Shown: positions 39,212 through 53,661 of the stretch, piece after piece | Layout: the number at the start of each line of letters is the position of its first letter | How positions within the stretch are numbered: position 1 is the stretch's first letter | Source: Bigelowiella natans CCMP2755 | Taxonomy: Eukaryota > Protista > Cercozoa | Length of the DNA stretch: 64,000 nucleotides | Assembly: GCA_000320545.1 (NCBI GenBank) | Contig: ADNK01002140.1 | Coordinates: 1 to 64,000 of the forward strand | Direction: 5' to 3' | Translations under genes and position numbers: made by a program | The notes under the pieces: model-generated | Database searches by the model: none | What the model was told of the DNA's origin: nothing | Seen by the model: the letters and a program-made list of their open reading frames with translations, nothing else

Positions 39212-40311
39212 TCATCTCACATGCAGCGTCTTTAGCGAATGTAGCTCTTCTTCGATACTCTGCTGAGAATACTGGTTTGCCTCTGTGGTGTCTATCCGCT
39301 TGATATCTTTGAAGAAATTCTGTGTCCAGGTGGTTGCGAATATTCCACATTTCTTCAAATTTCCTGTTGTATCATATGTGAGCGATGTTCTCCATGGATG
39401 AGCTAAGTGGAAATCTACCGGAAACATTCAAGCAAACGATTTGCACTGGTTTCCCTCGAATCTGTGTTATAGTAGTTACTGCCGCCCACACCTAAAGCAA
39501 TGTCCAATAGGTGATGAGAACGTAGAGTTTAGGAGGATTCGTATGCCATATGGTACGTGTTTTTCGAAGGCTACCTCTCGATAGTATTCCCGGGACGTTT
39601 TCATGATGAAGCTGAAAGTTAATGGGCTGTAATGTCTTATTTTCATCGACCTGAAGACCTGATAAGCATTGGTTGTATATTTCTAACTCATATGTCCTCC
39701 TCTTTTCCAATGATCAAGAACAAAGTATTTATTCACCTTTCCAAGGACCAGATCTCCAAAGTTTATCGCAACACTCTGCATGATTCACATTCAAATACCA
39801 ACCGTGGACAACAAAAGATTCATTCAAATTTGAAACGTTGTGTTCGAATAGATAATGGTGGGGTGTAGAAGGAGGAGTAATACAGAATCGGGGGGGTCTG
39901 ACCTGCCGAATAGAATCAAGAATGACGCTGGCAGTGAGAACCTTCTCCCTGTTTGATTTCTCATTGTCCGAGAAGTTTATCACAAACTGCATGAAGCGGT
40001 TCTTCAACCTCATTATTATGGGTGAGGTGGGCAGGTAACCAGTGTCGCCACAACTTGAAGAGGCATCGAGGAGCGTTGATAGCTGAAATTAACATTGGGC
40101 ACTTTATGTTCTACGTCATACGATTCATAGTTGTCGTAGATATATAATGGCATGTGTTTCGCATGTAATGGGTCGCCGAAGTGAAGGAAGGTCGGATACG
40201 AGAAGTATCTTCTACCAACCAACACAACGCATTCAGAAAGCGAAAGAAACAAGAAGGGAGGAGCTCCATATCGAAGTAGTAAACCCCCCCCCCCAACCCC
40301 TCTTTCTGCAT
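39212..40311 (-). CDS. Hypothetical protein (multi-exon, gene model uncertain)
   Basis: Several coding-like ORFs on the - strand with GT-AG boundaries, lying head-to-head with the GST. No recognisable motif. Confidence 0.35.
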
Positions 40312-40470
40312 CTAGATCTGCACTTTCATAACTAAAAATTAATCATGGAGATTTCACGGATAGTTCGCTCCTATGCTTTTTGGGGGAGGTGGTGTAACAG
40401 GGACGGGAAGAAAGAAACTCATTCCGAAATGGTAAAAACAACGTGCAAACAAACCTTAGATCTTCAGACA

Positions 40471-41971
40471 ATGAGCACGGATAAAATTAATTGGCCGGCG
40501 GAGTGGAAAGACTGCACGGGAGAGAAAACAATCGCAATACGCTCGGAACAGAAGCTCCCTGTGAAACTTTACACTTCGTGGTTCGTAATCGCAGCATTTT
40601 AACATCTAGTAAAAAATCGGCTTACTTTTCTCCATCAGGTTTTGTCCCTTCGCCCAACGAGCATGGTTCAACCTCAATTTTCTTCAAAGCATGCAAAACC
40701 AAGCGACTGAAAAGTAGCACTTCGTTCATTGTTTTCTTAGGATTGCCATGGAGGAGAAGAAAGTAGATTATCAATGGGTCGAGATCAACCCATATGAGGT
40801 ACTTGCTGGTGTAGGCATTGTAGCTATGCTATTGTCTTGTTTTCATGTATATGTAAAGCACTGGGGCTACAGTAGATGGAGTGACTGCCGTGTTGCACCT
40901 ACGTGTATTGATTACCACTTAATTTGACGGACATAGCAGACATCACACAATAATGTGTTATCATATTTTCATCATCATCGTCCAGATCGACCCACGCGAA
41001 CCAGGAGGCTACACCAAAAAGGCGCTTCCATTGAGTGAAAAGGAGAAGAGGCATCCTGGATTCCTTGCAGTATCGCCTGCAGGCCTGGTACCAGGATTGG
41101 ACAATAATGGGGAGAAAGTGCACGACTCTCTCAATGTTGTACAGTACATCGATGAGGTATCGTAATCCCGTTATGAACATGACAACTATTTATTTAGTTC
41201 CTTGATGGTTATACTTAATAATTGTCTGCATAGGCTTTTAAAGGCCCACCACTTCTACCCAGCTCACCTCTTGAACGAGCGCGTCAGCGATGCTGGAGCA
41301 ATTTCGTCACCGAGAAGATCCAGAAAAACTATTACACGATGCTCATTGCTCAAGATGAAGAAATTCAAGTTGTTGATGTTTTTCTCATTATCACGTTTGC
41401 ACATTGCTGACCCGAGCTTTACTACAGGAATCTTTTAGGAAGAAATTTTTCGAGACATGCCGTGAGTTTGCATCAGAAATGGCCGACCCATCAAAAGGAC
41501 CATACTTTCTTGGCGACGAGTTCACTATGGTTGACATTGCGTTCGCGCCTTTTTGGCAACGTTTCCTTTGGGTTGGGGGAGCATATCGAAACCTAAAATT
41601 TCCGAAGGATGATGCCGCTTTCAAGCGACTGGACATCTGGTGGAATGCCGTCAGCAATAGGCCTTCCGTCAAAGCGACTCTTGTCTGCAAGCCGAGACTT
41701 CTATCTAGCTACAAACAATACGCTCGCAATGGTGGTGCATTTATCCTTGCCCCCCCCACAATACTTTTAATGTATTATTTTGAATCTTTCAGAAGCGACC
41801 TCAAGTTACGGTAAAATGATCCAGGCTCACATTAAGAAGCAGGTAAAAAAAGGAAGTGCTCATAAACGATCCGCCGGTTTTGGAATAGGCATTGTAGCAG
41901 CAACTTGTGCAGCTTCATCGCTAGCAACGTTTATTGCAACGAAGACGTTTTTAAACAAAGGGAAAAAATAA
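40471..41971 (+). CDS. Glutathione S-transferase, omega-like (Cys-type), with C-terminal hydrophobic tail
   Basis: LYTSW-FCPFAQRAW-IAMEEK, SPAGLVP, DSLNVVQYIDE and YFLGDEFTMVDIAFAPFWQR. Ends GFGIGIVAATCAASSLATFIATKTFLNKGKK*. Confidence 0.9.
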
Positions 41972-42047
41972 TTTTAGATGCAACAGTCTTCAATCATCAT
42001 CATGATGCGTCATCACCTATCCAAATGCTAGCATGGAGCATATCATT

Positions 42048-42155
42048 GCAGAAACGGACAAATGTAACATAAGCGATAGCGCTGTAGCCACCGCTCTGCA
42101 TAGCTACATCACGATGACCATTGAAAAAATGTAATCAATTTATTACATCTGTTAT
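42048..42155 (+). mobile_element. Dispersed LINE 3'-end element (copy 5)
   Basis: gcagaaac...aacataagcgatagcgctgtagcc...tagctacatcacgatgaccattgaaaaaatgtaatcaatttattacatctgtt aligns with 16149-16258. Confidence 0.78.
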
Positions 42156-42504
42156 ATGGGGAAGGTACCCAGCTAGACATGTTGAAACGTACAAATTTCG
42201 TGGCTGCATGTGATCCTGTCCAGCAACATGATTTTTGGCATGCTACAGCATGGGGGTCATTTGAAAATTCAAAAATCAGACACTTTGCTCACCAATTACA
42301 TTTTGCGTTGAAATTGCGAATATTCATGTGAATATATTTTTTTTAATTTCTAAGCTCAAGTTATACACGGTATGGCATGTCTAGAGCGTTCGCTTGTGTT
42401 GCTCATCGCCATGCGCATGCTAGCTAGCATGTGCACACATGGTTGTTGTGACCGCGAGCAGCTAGTCTAGCTAGAAGCAAGGACAACTCGATCTAGACGT
42501 ATGT

Positions 42505-42547
42505 GTGAGCGGATGTAATGATGAATTAAAAAATTTTGCATGTAGCG
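42505..42547 (-). mobile_element. Degenerate LINE 3'-end element (copy 6)
   Basis: gagcggatgtaatgatgaattaaaaaatttt resembles the reverse complement of the element's 3' half. Confidence 0.45.
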
Positions 42548-42806
42548 TAGCGAAGCATGGCAACCTCATACCACATGGATCTTAGTGTGCGCTGCCATGC
42601 AGCTAGGCATGCAAATGCTTACACGTGTGCCACACATGAAGAAGCCAAACTCTTAAATATTACAATTGTGTTCTAAAATTTGTTTCAGCAACACACTATG
42701 CTCACGATCTTTTACAGCACTGTAGAATAATTTTATGCAGTGCGCATTACGAACCCATGTTAGCATGTGAATATAAAACTCCTCGGCTTTATGCTGCATG
42801 TTGCTT

Positions 42807-44287
42807 TTACTTCCTTCTTTTCTTTGTCGAATTTTTTCCTTTGCCTTTCGCATGCTTCTTGAGAGTCTCCACACTGCAAATTAAATACCACCATGAAGGT
42901 CTTTGTCTTTCATAGAGCACATTCTTATAAAAATGATTCATTTGGCGTGTAGTACACAGCAGAAACAACAACGGCAGCAAATGAACAGCGTTTGCAGCAC
43001 AAGATATTGTTCTGTGGGTTGTTGAGCCATCATGATGTATGCATCTTCATAATCATTATCGAAACCATAATAAAGCAGTGTTTTGTTAGTTAGTTTGTTA
43101 TCATTACGATATCGGATCGATGATGGTGCCCATCTTTGTGATGACTTCTGGCTTCGTCATCTCATGATATGATTTCTGAGTATTCCAGTCACGGCCTGAA
43201 GGAACGAGGTAGAAGAACGTCTGTGAGAAGGCTGCAGCAATACTTAAAATTCCAATGGGAATAATCAATTATAATTTGAAAACAATATTTATTATTTAGT
43301 ATTCGAGCATTCATTCTTCTTTTTCTTCTTTCCTCCTCTCATTTTCTTTTTCTCTCTCCCCCCCCATTTTCTTCTCACCCAAAGGATGTCGCAGCGACTG
43401 CTCATACCTGATATATAGGAGAAGAAGAAGAAGAAGAAGAAGAAGAAGAAATGCATGGATAAAGAGATAAGGAGGCAACCACTTGGCTACTGCTACTTCG
43501 ACATGACACCTATAGAGCATGATCTAGTTGCATCTCTGCTGCTACTTTCATCACTTGTCGTCATCGTTGTCGTTGTCGTTGCAGCAAGGCGTGTATTTCA
43601 GAATATTAGGTGATGAATCGTGTATAGTGAGTGATTGTCATCTTTACTGCTGCTTCGACGTGAATGGATACGGCACGTTCGCAATGGTATACTTCTTCGC
43701 CTAATTGGACATATTTGTGGAAAGATGGGTGGTAGCAGCAGCAGCAACAATAGTAGTGGTGGTGGTGCAGTAACAGTAGCAGTAGTAGCAGTAGTAGGGA
43801 TATGAAGCTAATAGCGTACAATTGTTCTCTTCTAGAGCGGCAGATCAGACATTACACGGCAGAACATCGCCATTAGCATCATTAGCAGTTGCAAGGAGCT
43901 TTGTCTACAAAGATGAGCACCACGTACCTTTTTGTTGCGCTTGTTGTTCACAATCACGTGCTGTGGTCCTTTGGCTTTCTGAGGAGGTTTCTGCGACATT
44001 TATGGGAGACTCATCTCACCACATTCTCTTTTTTTCCAATATTCACTCAATGCCGTCGCCGTATCATCGTCATCATCATCGTCATCTTCATCCTCATTCC
44101 TACTTCTTGCACATGTAGTAAGTAATAACCCCTTAGATGCCTCCAACTTGCGTTTCCTCCTCGGCTTTCGCGCTCCCTCTCCTGATCATAAGCACCCCAT
44201 CAGTAAAGATAAGAATAAGGAGTTTTTTGGGGGGGGGGGGGGATCTGGAAACGATACTGGTGATAATGATATGAATGATGATAATGG

Positions 44288-44324
<37 letters not shown>

Positions 44325-46127
44325 CATGATTCGATAGAAGATGGAGGATGAGATGACGATGATGATGAAATGATGACCATGATGATGTCAGATCTACCCC
44401 CCCACGTTCCCCACCCGGGCATCCCAGTCTCCTTTTCTTTCCCTAGGTCCCTACAGTTGATCCTTAAAATGAATGAATGGGTGAAAGTCGCCAACAATAG
44501 CGTGGTCCGCGTTACACCCTCACACCCACCCACACACACACACAGAGAGAGAGAGAGGGGTGGGGGGGGGGGGAGACAGAACCTAATAACATCACTTTCT
44601 ACAAGGATCACACACTCACACACACATACGCACCGGATTTTCAGCCAGTCTTTTCTCCTCTGCAAATTCTTCCTCTCCCCCTCCACCGTTTGCAAAGGCA
44701 TCATGAATGAGCTCGGCCTAGAATTGCAGACGTTCCAATTTCGAAATGGTGATGATAGGTGAGTGCGATTACGATTATGACGATGAGGATGGTGGACTAA
44801 ATAATAACGAAGCTAGTGATTTTGATCGGCAATGTGCCGCACACACAAACACACACACGAACACTAACATACGCAAACACACGCACATATGTCGTTATCT
44901 AGCATAATCGGTGTGAAAATTGCCTGATCGAGGAGAAGTCTCGATGAAGAGCCCTTCGTATTGTCTACAGTGATGGCCTTTTCTATGTTGATTTCATCAT
45001 CATCATCATCGCCTTCTCCATCGCTGTCGGCTTCGCCGCCCGATATGTTCCTTTTCTTCTTTCTTTTGTTAGATTGCTGCTGTTGTCTGAGCAGGAAGTG
45101 TTGCATATGTAAGCAGCGGAAACTACTATGACACAACGCATAACCATGAACATGGCATGATTCATCATCATCATCATCATCATCATCCATCATCCATCAT
45201 CCATCATCACCATCATCATCGTGATCGTCATATCGCCATCTTCAGTAGCAGCACAGTGATCATGTTGTAGTAGCTATTTATGGCTACTGCATGCTGGACA
45301 GCGGTAGTAGAACCTGGTACTTGTCCTCACCCAAGGATTTGAAGATGCGTCGCCTTCTTCGTTATCATCACCGTGATCGTTTCCTTTTCCCTTACTGCTA
45401 GCAGGGCTCGCAAAAGCGGAAAAATCTAAGGAGAAGGAGCAGCAGCAGCAGCACAAGGGCAGCTTAGGGATTGATCATCATGTTTGCCTAACAGCATGCT
45501 CGATCAGGCAAGGGAGGAGGAGGAGGAGGAAATGCAGATACTCCAACAAGTTGCAGTGTTGCTATCTCGTCGCTGCTGAAGATGACTGTTCGCATCATAA
45601 AAGAGCTTGATGTGTGGTGGGGTCGTCTCGTTCAATAGTTTTATTGGATTTGCGTATTCAGTTCTATCAAGCGGGGGGGGGGAGGGGGGAGTACATTACC
45701 TTCGTCGTTGTCTTCATGATCATCATCATCATCACCATCATCGTCATCGCTATCGGCGTTGTCGCTGATTGAGATTGTATTATCTCCGCTATTACTAGGA
45801 GAGCCTGATGCCGAATTTGCCTTCTTCCGTGCAGCTGCCCCCCCTCTTCTTTCATTGTCCATGCTATCATCGATTTTCTTTCCAGGTACAAGCACCGTGT
45901 TCTTTTTCTTCGCCTCGCTCCCCAACTCTTCTCCTCCCCCTTTCTTCGCCTTTTCCCCCTCCCTTCTCCTCCTCCTCCTCCTCCTCCTCGTTGTCGCTAC
46001 TATCATCTTCATCGCCTAACCGCCAATATACAAATCAAATCCACGTGCCAATCAATTCACTGCAGACCTTTCATTTCATATTTCAAGCTTAAAACAAGCA
46101 CACATACACACACACACACACACACAC

Positions 46128-46161
<34 letters not shown>

Positions 46162-46216
46162 ATGAATAAACATTGGAAGCATGCCCCCCCTTTTCTTCTT
46201 CCTCCTTCTCCTCCTC

Positions 46217-46268
<52 letters not shown>

Positions 46269-47629
46269 TACCACCATTATTACATCACACTACTATTACT
46301 ACGACTACTACAACAGCTTTACCCATCATCATCATCATGTCTTGAAGATGCTCTTTGCTAAGAGACTGTAACCCTTTGGAAGGGTCATCCTCCTCCTCCT
46401 CGTCCTCCCCCTTTTTGCCTTTGAAAAATTGTAGCACATTAGACACATACAGAAGAGACGATAGTTGTAATAGTAGGAGAACAAGACTAAAAGCACTAAA
46501 TAACTCGAGAATAGTCGTAAGCAGCAGCATGCTGGAGTCAACGGTAAATGGATTATCACCAAATGTGTATATTTCACTGACCTCCTTGCATCTCGCCCTC
46601 CCCTCCTTCTTCAATCTCGGCCTTAAATTCATCCAGCAGTGCTGCTGCCTTCATTATATAATAATTTGGAAGTTTCGATAAAGATCGGTATGAGAAACCA
46701 GCTCCTACCGCACATATGTGCGTGTGTGCGCGCGCGTGTATATGTGTGTGTGTGTGTGTGTGTGTTAATTCCTTCTTCTTCTTCTTCTTCTTCCACCACT
46801 ACTACTACTACTACTACTACAAGCTGACATGACCCGCTGTGCTCGTTTTTCCATTGCCCTTTGCATAAACTTCATCGACAACAACCTTTGTAAAAGAGGA
46901 GGAGGAGAGGAGAAGGAGGAGAGGGATTAGAAAACAAGCTGCGAAGGTACTAGGCGTTGGAAGAAATAGAAGAAGAAGAAGAAGGAGAAGAAGAAGAAGA
47001 GGCAACACTCCTTTACTACAATTTCCTTAATACTGTCAATATTATTGCTGCTTGCTACTACTGAAGAAACTCTTCTTCCTCCTCCTCCTCCTCCTGTTAA
47101 TAATAATCATAATGCTGCTGCTAGTTCTCCTCTTTACAACTCCTCTCTGCTCTTCTCTCTTCTTCTTCTTCTTCTTCTCTACTCATCATCATCATGATCT
47201 ATGTGAATGTTGGTGTCCATCCAACCCTTTTAGGCTTGTTCACGCTAATGCCCTGTTGTGTGACGGTGGAAATACAAAGATTAGGGTGGTTTGTTGCATT
47301 ATTTAACTGAATAGAAGAGGATGAGGAGGAGGAGAAATTGATCAAATTCATTGACATCTCCGACTATTAGCGGTAGGTGAGGGATGAGTGTGTTTTCGTT
47401 ATTTGTTTGGGTGCGTGTAGGTAGATGAGTGTTTAGTGTGTTCTCTTTACTTGTTTGAGTGAGTGTTGCATCTCCTTGATCTTAGCAAGCTTATACTCGG
47501 CGGAATTCCTCTTTGCGCCTCCTCCTCCTTTTCAGGATTAAAAGTGCAACAACAACAACAACAACAACAACAGCATCAGCGTTGTGAATTGGAGGAGGAG
47601 GCTGGATGGAATAGTATTATCATTTCTTC

Positions 47630-47671
<42 letters not shown>

Positions 47672-48099
47672 AGAAAGAGAGAGAGGGAGGAAGGAGTAGT
47701 AAAGGCAGCAAATCTCTTCTCATCAAAGCTAAATAAGAAGAAGCAATAGCAGCTGGTGACACGTAGCAGTACCTTGTTCATCGCCACTATCATCGTCGTC
47801 TTCGGCCATAAGAGCAGCAAGCTCCTCCTCCTCACCTGCAAATGATGATCAAGATAGGCGTTTGCTTCGAAATCGACCCGTCATATAAATGATGGTGATG
47901 ATGGTGATGATGATGATGATGATAATGATGATGATGATGACGATGGTGGTGATGACCACGATTAAGGACAAAGCGCGTTTCTGCACAATATATATGCAGC
48001 TGACTCAATGTATTTTGGAGACGAAAGGAGGAGGTGTACCGTCGTCATCATCATCCTCATCATCGCCATCCATCGTATCCATTTTTTTGCCTTTTTTTA

Positions 48100-48133
<34 letters not shown>

Positions 48134-48921
48134 GGTACCAATCAATCACATGTTACCCAGAACAGGCCATCGTTTTCTCTCCTTCTTCTTCTTCTTCTTC
48201 TTCTTCTTCTACTACTACTACTACTACTGCTGCTGCTGCTAACGCTACTGCTACTAGTCACATATCTAGATACATAGTTGCTCAACTTATTAAGCTTCAC
48301 GGATAGAGATAGCAAGTTTGCGATGTGGTCATGTGCATAGTAGTATTAGTAGTAGTATTATATGGCTGTTCTTCTTATTGAAGAAGATATGTGTACTGAT
48401 CTGAATAGCATTACGAAGATCATTTCCGATGTTCAGCTGCTGTCCAATCACTTTCTGCATCCCTCTCATTGCCGGATTACCCTGCGATGGAATACATTGG
48501 TTAATTTCTTTCGTGAGGAGAAGATTGACGTGGGGGGGGTGGGGGAGGGGAGGAGGGAAGTTATTTATGAGCTTTTGCTGCTGTATACCTTGGCCAGTCG
48601 CAACTGCCTTTTTACCCATTTCGACGTGTTTTTGTGTCGCAGGCTCATCCTTTCCTGCACTCTTTTAGCCTGACAGTTGTTTGGGGGGGGGGGGGGGGGA
48701 GGGAGAAAGGAAGAGGAAGAGGATGGCGCTCAGAGACCGATTGAAGTTTCTCTTCGTTGTGTATCGTCGTCGTCGTCGTGATATTGCCACCTAGCCGTTT
48801 AATAATACGTGCCAACTACTGCAAAACTTATACAAACATGCATTCTCCACACCTCTATTTTCTTCTTCTCTGCCTCTGCAAGCTCAGGGTCTAGTTCCTC
48901 GAGCTCTAGTAACGTCAGCCT

Positions 48922-48956
<35 letters not shown>

Positions 48957-49558
48957 AACAATGATGACAACAATAGTGATGATGATAATGATGATGCTGA
49001 TGAGGATGATGATAATTCTATGGGAGCTTCATCATCGTCTTTGTCGTCATCATAATCGTATTTGCATCACTTCTGTTTCTCCTTCCTCCTCTTCGCCAGC
49101 TTCCGAAACGTCCTAGATTTGATTTTCTTAAGTCTCTTGAGCTTGATCTCGTGACGGAACATCAGCGATCTGGAATATAAGAAGGGGGGGGGGGGGGGAG
49201 GAGGAGAAAGGAGGGAAGAACCACAAACGGAAATGAATGGCATGTTTTATGTTATTTATTCATCTAAATGTAGGAATAGTAGTGGTAGAAGTAGAAGAAG
49301 CAGTGGTAGAGATAACTATTCGTACCGGGTCTTTCGTAGCTGATTTGTGCGTTCATTTCGGGCCTGTTCGTTGTGGAGGGTGGTGGTAATTATTCGCTAG
49401 CATGATGATGATGATGATGAAGAAGATGATGATGATGATGAAGAAGATGATGATGGTGATGATGACGATGATGTTCTTTAGTGTTGTCTACTCCGTCTCC
49501 TCTTGTTAGATTGCTATGAAAAGGTAGTAGCGAACACCTTAAAGCTACTAATACTACT

Positions 49559-49592
<34 letters not shown>

Positions 49593-49787
49593 ATCAACCA
49601 TATCTACAACCTCTTGGCTCAACTCTTCATCGAGGAGTGCAGACTGTTCTCTTTCCTGCACATGATGATAGCAGTAAATCCACATTGTTAGCAAGTATTA
49701 TATATGCGATTACAGATGTATGTCAAAAGTTGTTTGTGTGAGGAGAATACAACGCGCTCCACGATACTGTAACAGGTTGCTTGCGTG

Positions 49788-49832
<45 letters not shown>

Positions 49833-51066
49833 ATCACCTACCTCAACTTTCTTCTCATCGTTCATCCCATAATGCTCTAGAAGCTTCGAGAAATCTTTTT
49901 CGAGATCGCTATTAAGCAGCAGCAGCAGCAGCAGCAGCAGCAGACATGTTCATGTTAAGCAGCTAAGAAAGAGAAAAGTAGGGAGGAGGGAGGAGGGAGG
50001 AGGGAGGGGCACTTTTGGAGAGTGCTAACAAAGACAGGCTACTATTCCATTCACGTTATATTGTCGTCATCATCACCATCATCATCATCATCATCACATT
50101 TCATCCTCATGCTGCAGCTGCTGCTACTACTTGGTGGGGGTAAAAGTGGAGGCCAAGGATGAAGTTGATAGCTTCATTCGCGGCGCTTGGACTTAACGAC
50201 GGCAAACAAACACGATGAGAGTGATTTTATGAGTTGAAAGCGCTGCAGTGATAGTGGCATTGATCATGGCGATGGTATGCTGATGAGAAAGCAAAAGGAC
50301 ACTACTACTACTACTTCTTTGCTGAAATAAACAAAATGGAATGACAACCTCCCCCAAACATCTCTCTATCATGATTTCCAACAAAGCTGCAGCAGTAGTA
50401 AAAGCAGCAACAAAGCTATTGCACATTCGTAGTTTAAAGTAGTATATTTATTTGCTCGTCCTCGGCGAAAAATCACAGTATCTGAAAGCTATTGCAGTGG
50501 TAGCAGTAGTAGTAGTAGTAGTAGTAGTTGTTGTTGTTGTAGTACCTAGAGGAAATTTAAGCTGCGGAGCCTCTCGCATGCTCTTTATCACACCTGTTCC
50601 GTTTGAATACATATACATATTGTATTATCATCATTACGAAGAAGAAGAAGAAGAAGAAGAAGAAGAAGAAGAAGACATCACCATCTCCACAGAAAGAGAA
50701 TGCCCGGTCGCTTCTCTGCTACATGTTCTCTTTCCCCTCTCCCCCCTTCTCTCTCTAAAATTGCGAGTGAAATATATGAATAACTTACGGTGTGGAAAGA
50801 GCGAAGGATATGATGATATGGTGATCACGGCAAATGCATTATCAGCTCTGACCGCCCCCCCCCCCCCCTAAGACTGTAACTACTAGCACTAACCAGTCCA
50901 TCTGGACACATGCTTCTTTGTGGCATTGAAAGCGATCTGGATGACGACGAAACAACAGTGATTAAGTGGGCTTGCTCATGCAATTGCACGACAAGTCAAA
51001 TAGTACATAATGATATCCCATTACCAGAGATCCTCTGTATTGATTCATTCATTCTTATAAATAAAT

Positions 51067-51105
<39 letters not shown>

Positions 51106-53108
51106 AGTCCAGTACTCGTCCTATTCTTGCCCCTTCTCACCTCTCTTTCCAGTTGCTTTCGTTTGCTTTCTGAGAGGGGCGCGGAGAGCTGTTGGGCTGC
51201 TGCATCACTTTTCAATCTGTGGAACAAGTACGAGTCGTTTGTATTCAGAAAAACAAAGAATAAGAAGCAGCCTGAGATGGATGCCATCGAAGGTGATGAA
51301 AGCCAAGAGGTGCTATCGCTTCAGTGTTACAATTGCTGTTGTTGTTGTTGTTGTTGTAGCACCTCTTGATATCATCCAAGGTTTTTTTATCAACTGCAGG
51401 AGTCTTCTTATTCTTCTTCGAGGATGATGTTGATGAGGATGATGTAGCGGCGGCTGGAGAGATATAAAGAGTCGCTTAGAGGGGTGATCGAAGGAAAGAT
51501 CATGTCGCACTTTCAGAACCGCATCCAACTCCGTTCAATGTGGTGGTAATTAATGAAAATGTCATGATACAAAAACAGTGAAAATTCGTTAGTATGATGA
51601 ACCTGTTTCGTCCCCAGCATCAAGTAAGTCTTCGAGAGTAACAGCTCCATGTGAATCCCCTGACGCTGCGACTCCTGAGTAAGGTTACAGGGAAAACAAG
51701 CACTTCGATTAAAAACTTCGACTACAGTAGAGCAAAGGAAATCATGTCACAACATAAGCAGCAGATAGCAACAACATTGTTGCCAGTTTGTTGTTCGGTT
51801 ATATCTCCTCCTCTCCCTCTCCCTTTTCCATTCCCATAAACATAAAAATAATCTTAGTTAAAAAAAAGTTTTGTACTCTTCTAGCTGCAACCTAGGTCAC
51901 TCTCGGGCAGAAATTGCGTTCTTGCCATCAATAACGATTCTTTCAACGCATCAGCCGCACTTCCCCCTTCTTCGGCTCTTCGAGCCTTTTTATTCATTCT
52001 GGACATTGCCTCGAGCAGCCTATCATGCTTTTTAGCTGGTAAACAGTGTGTTACGTGAAATGAGCTTGGGGTTTTAGGGTCAAAAACATACCATGTCTTC
52101 CTAGCTATCAAAGAGTTTCTATGAGTGTTAGGCCCCACTTAGAATTGATACCGTTGTTACCGTCGACGTCACTGTCCTCATCACCATCCTGTGTCTTTTC
52201 TTTATTCTTTAATTTTTTAGCTTTCTTCTGCTGGTTGGCTTTTTCTTCTTCCTCGGTGTTCTTCTTTATTATATCCACCTGGCAGTCATCAAGCGATTCT
52301 TGTATTATTATCACTTGTACAGAGAAGAGTGGCAAGATGATAAGACTAGGTACCATTTCGGAGAGGTCGACTTCAACATCTGAATCATCCGCTAACTCCT
52401 CATCATTATCATCATAATCCTACGAATTAGACGAATTATGCGTTGTATTGGCTGGGAGTTTGCTCGACAATTTACCTCCATCGTCGTAACCTCGTGGATT
52501 TTGTTCTTCCCAACGTCGCCATACATGGCGTAATCCTCTGCATTAAATGCCATATCCTCGTCGATTTCTTCATCTTTGAAGTTCTTTCGTAGGTAACATT
52601 TAGGTGAGTTAATCGGAAAACACAGAGAACATACGAGCATAAACACACAAACGACGGAACTGTTCTAACGACCTTGGGCAATTTATAAGTGTCAAGTGAA
52701 GTTGGTAGTTTCGGCTCGAAATCCTCTAGAGACACCTTTTTCTAGGAGCAATTGCATAGATACACACATGCTTCAGTTGATTGATGATTTTGAAATCTTA
52801 TAGTAGTAGTAAGCGTTAGAGCACTCGGCAACACCAAGGCGATGTGTTCGTTCATATTATTTGATGTACAACAAAAATAATGCTCGAATTCTCAGGAATA
52901 ACAACATTCAGGATATGAAATATGGCATTGTTGTTAAAAGCGATTCCATGCACCCCATTCATTCCGAAGTTCGGCTTTTCGTTCGAAATGTGTTACGCGC
53001 ATCCTCTATTGTCTGTACCTCATTTTTCCCCCTTCTCGACCGCTTTTCTGTCTTGCTTCGTAGCCCTGATGCTGAATCCCTTTTGGATCCAGCCTTACGC
53101 TTTGGCAT
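42807..53108 (-). CDS. UTP14: U3 snoRNA-associated protein 14 (SSU processome), more than 20 exons with microsatellite-rich introns
   Basis: Exons encode LSAPLSESKRKQLERE-IAFNATKKHVSRW, REAPQLKFPL, SLMFRHEIKLKRLKKIKSRTFRK, ERMSLRHKNTSKW, MPGWGTWGG, VPYPFTSKQQ-YEQSLRHPLG and WNTQKSYHEMTKPEVITKMGTIIDPI, all Utp14 hallmarks. Confidence 0.9.
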
Positions 53109-53661
53109 ACTTCGTCTCCTAGATCTTTGCGTCCTCTTTCTCCTCACTCAACAATTTCCTTCTCCTCCCCTATGATTTCTCTGCTTTCCTGTGGCTGCTC
53201 GGTGATTAGCTTAATAACTCCGATATTAGTACGAGCATATTTGCACCTGCGACATGCAGAAGAGTCTGTGTAAGCACTTTTTCGACCTAATATTTACATA
53301 TATGTCGTGATGTCTTGGAATCCCAACTTATTAACCACATGCGACAAGCATTGCTGCCCAAGTTTACTACTTATATGTGACGTCGACCCCCCTTACATAG
53401 ATCTACCACCGAACAGCACAGTAGCATCATCCTAATCATTCTTCCTTAGAATCAAGGTATTATATTGGATAGCATTTTCTCGGAAACCAACATTGGAACT
53501 GAAATGATCGACGTATACCATGTGGCATTACGTTGATAGTTGTTTGAAGGAAGAGCGTGACCATTTACTGAAGAATTTTGTCTGCAGATATTCAATTTTG
53601 ATTCGATCGTAATGCATTTGTATTGTTGTGGGTGCAGCAGAGTGTTAGCGACGAGGCCATA

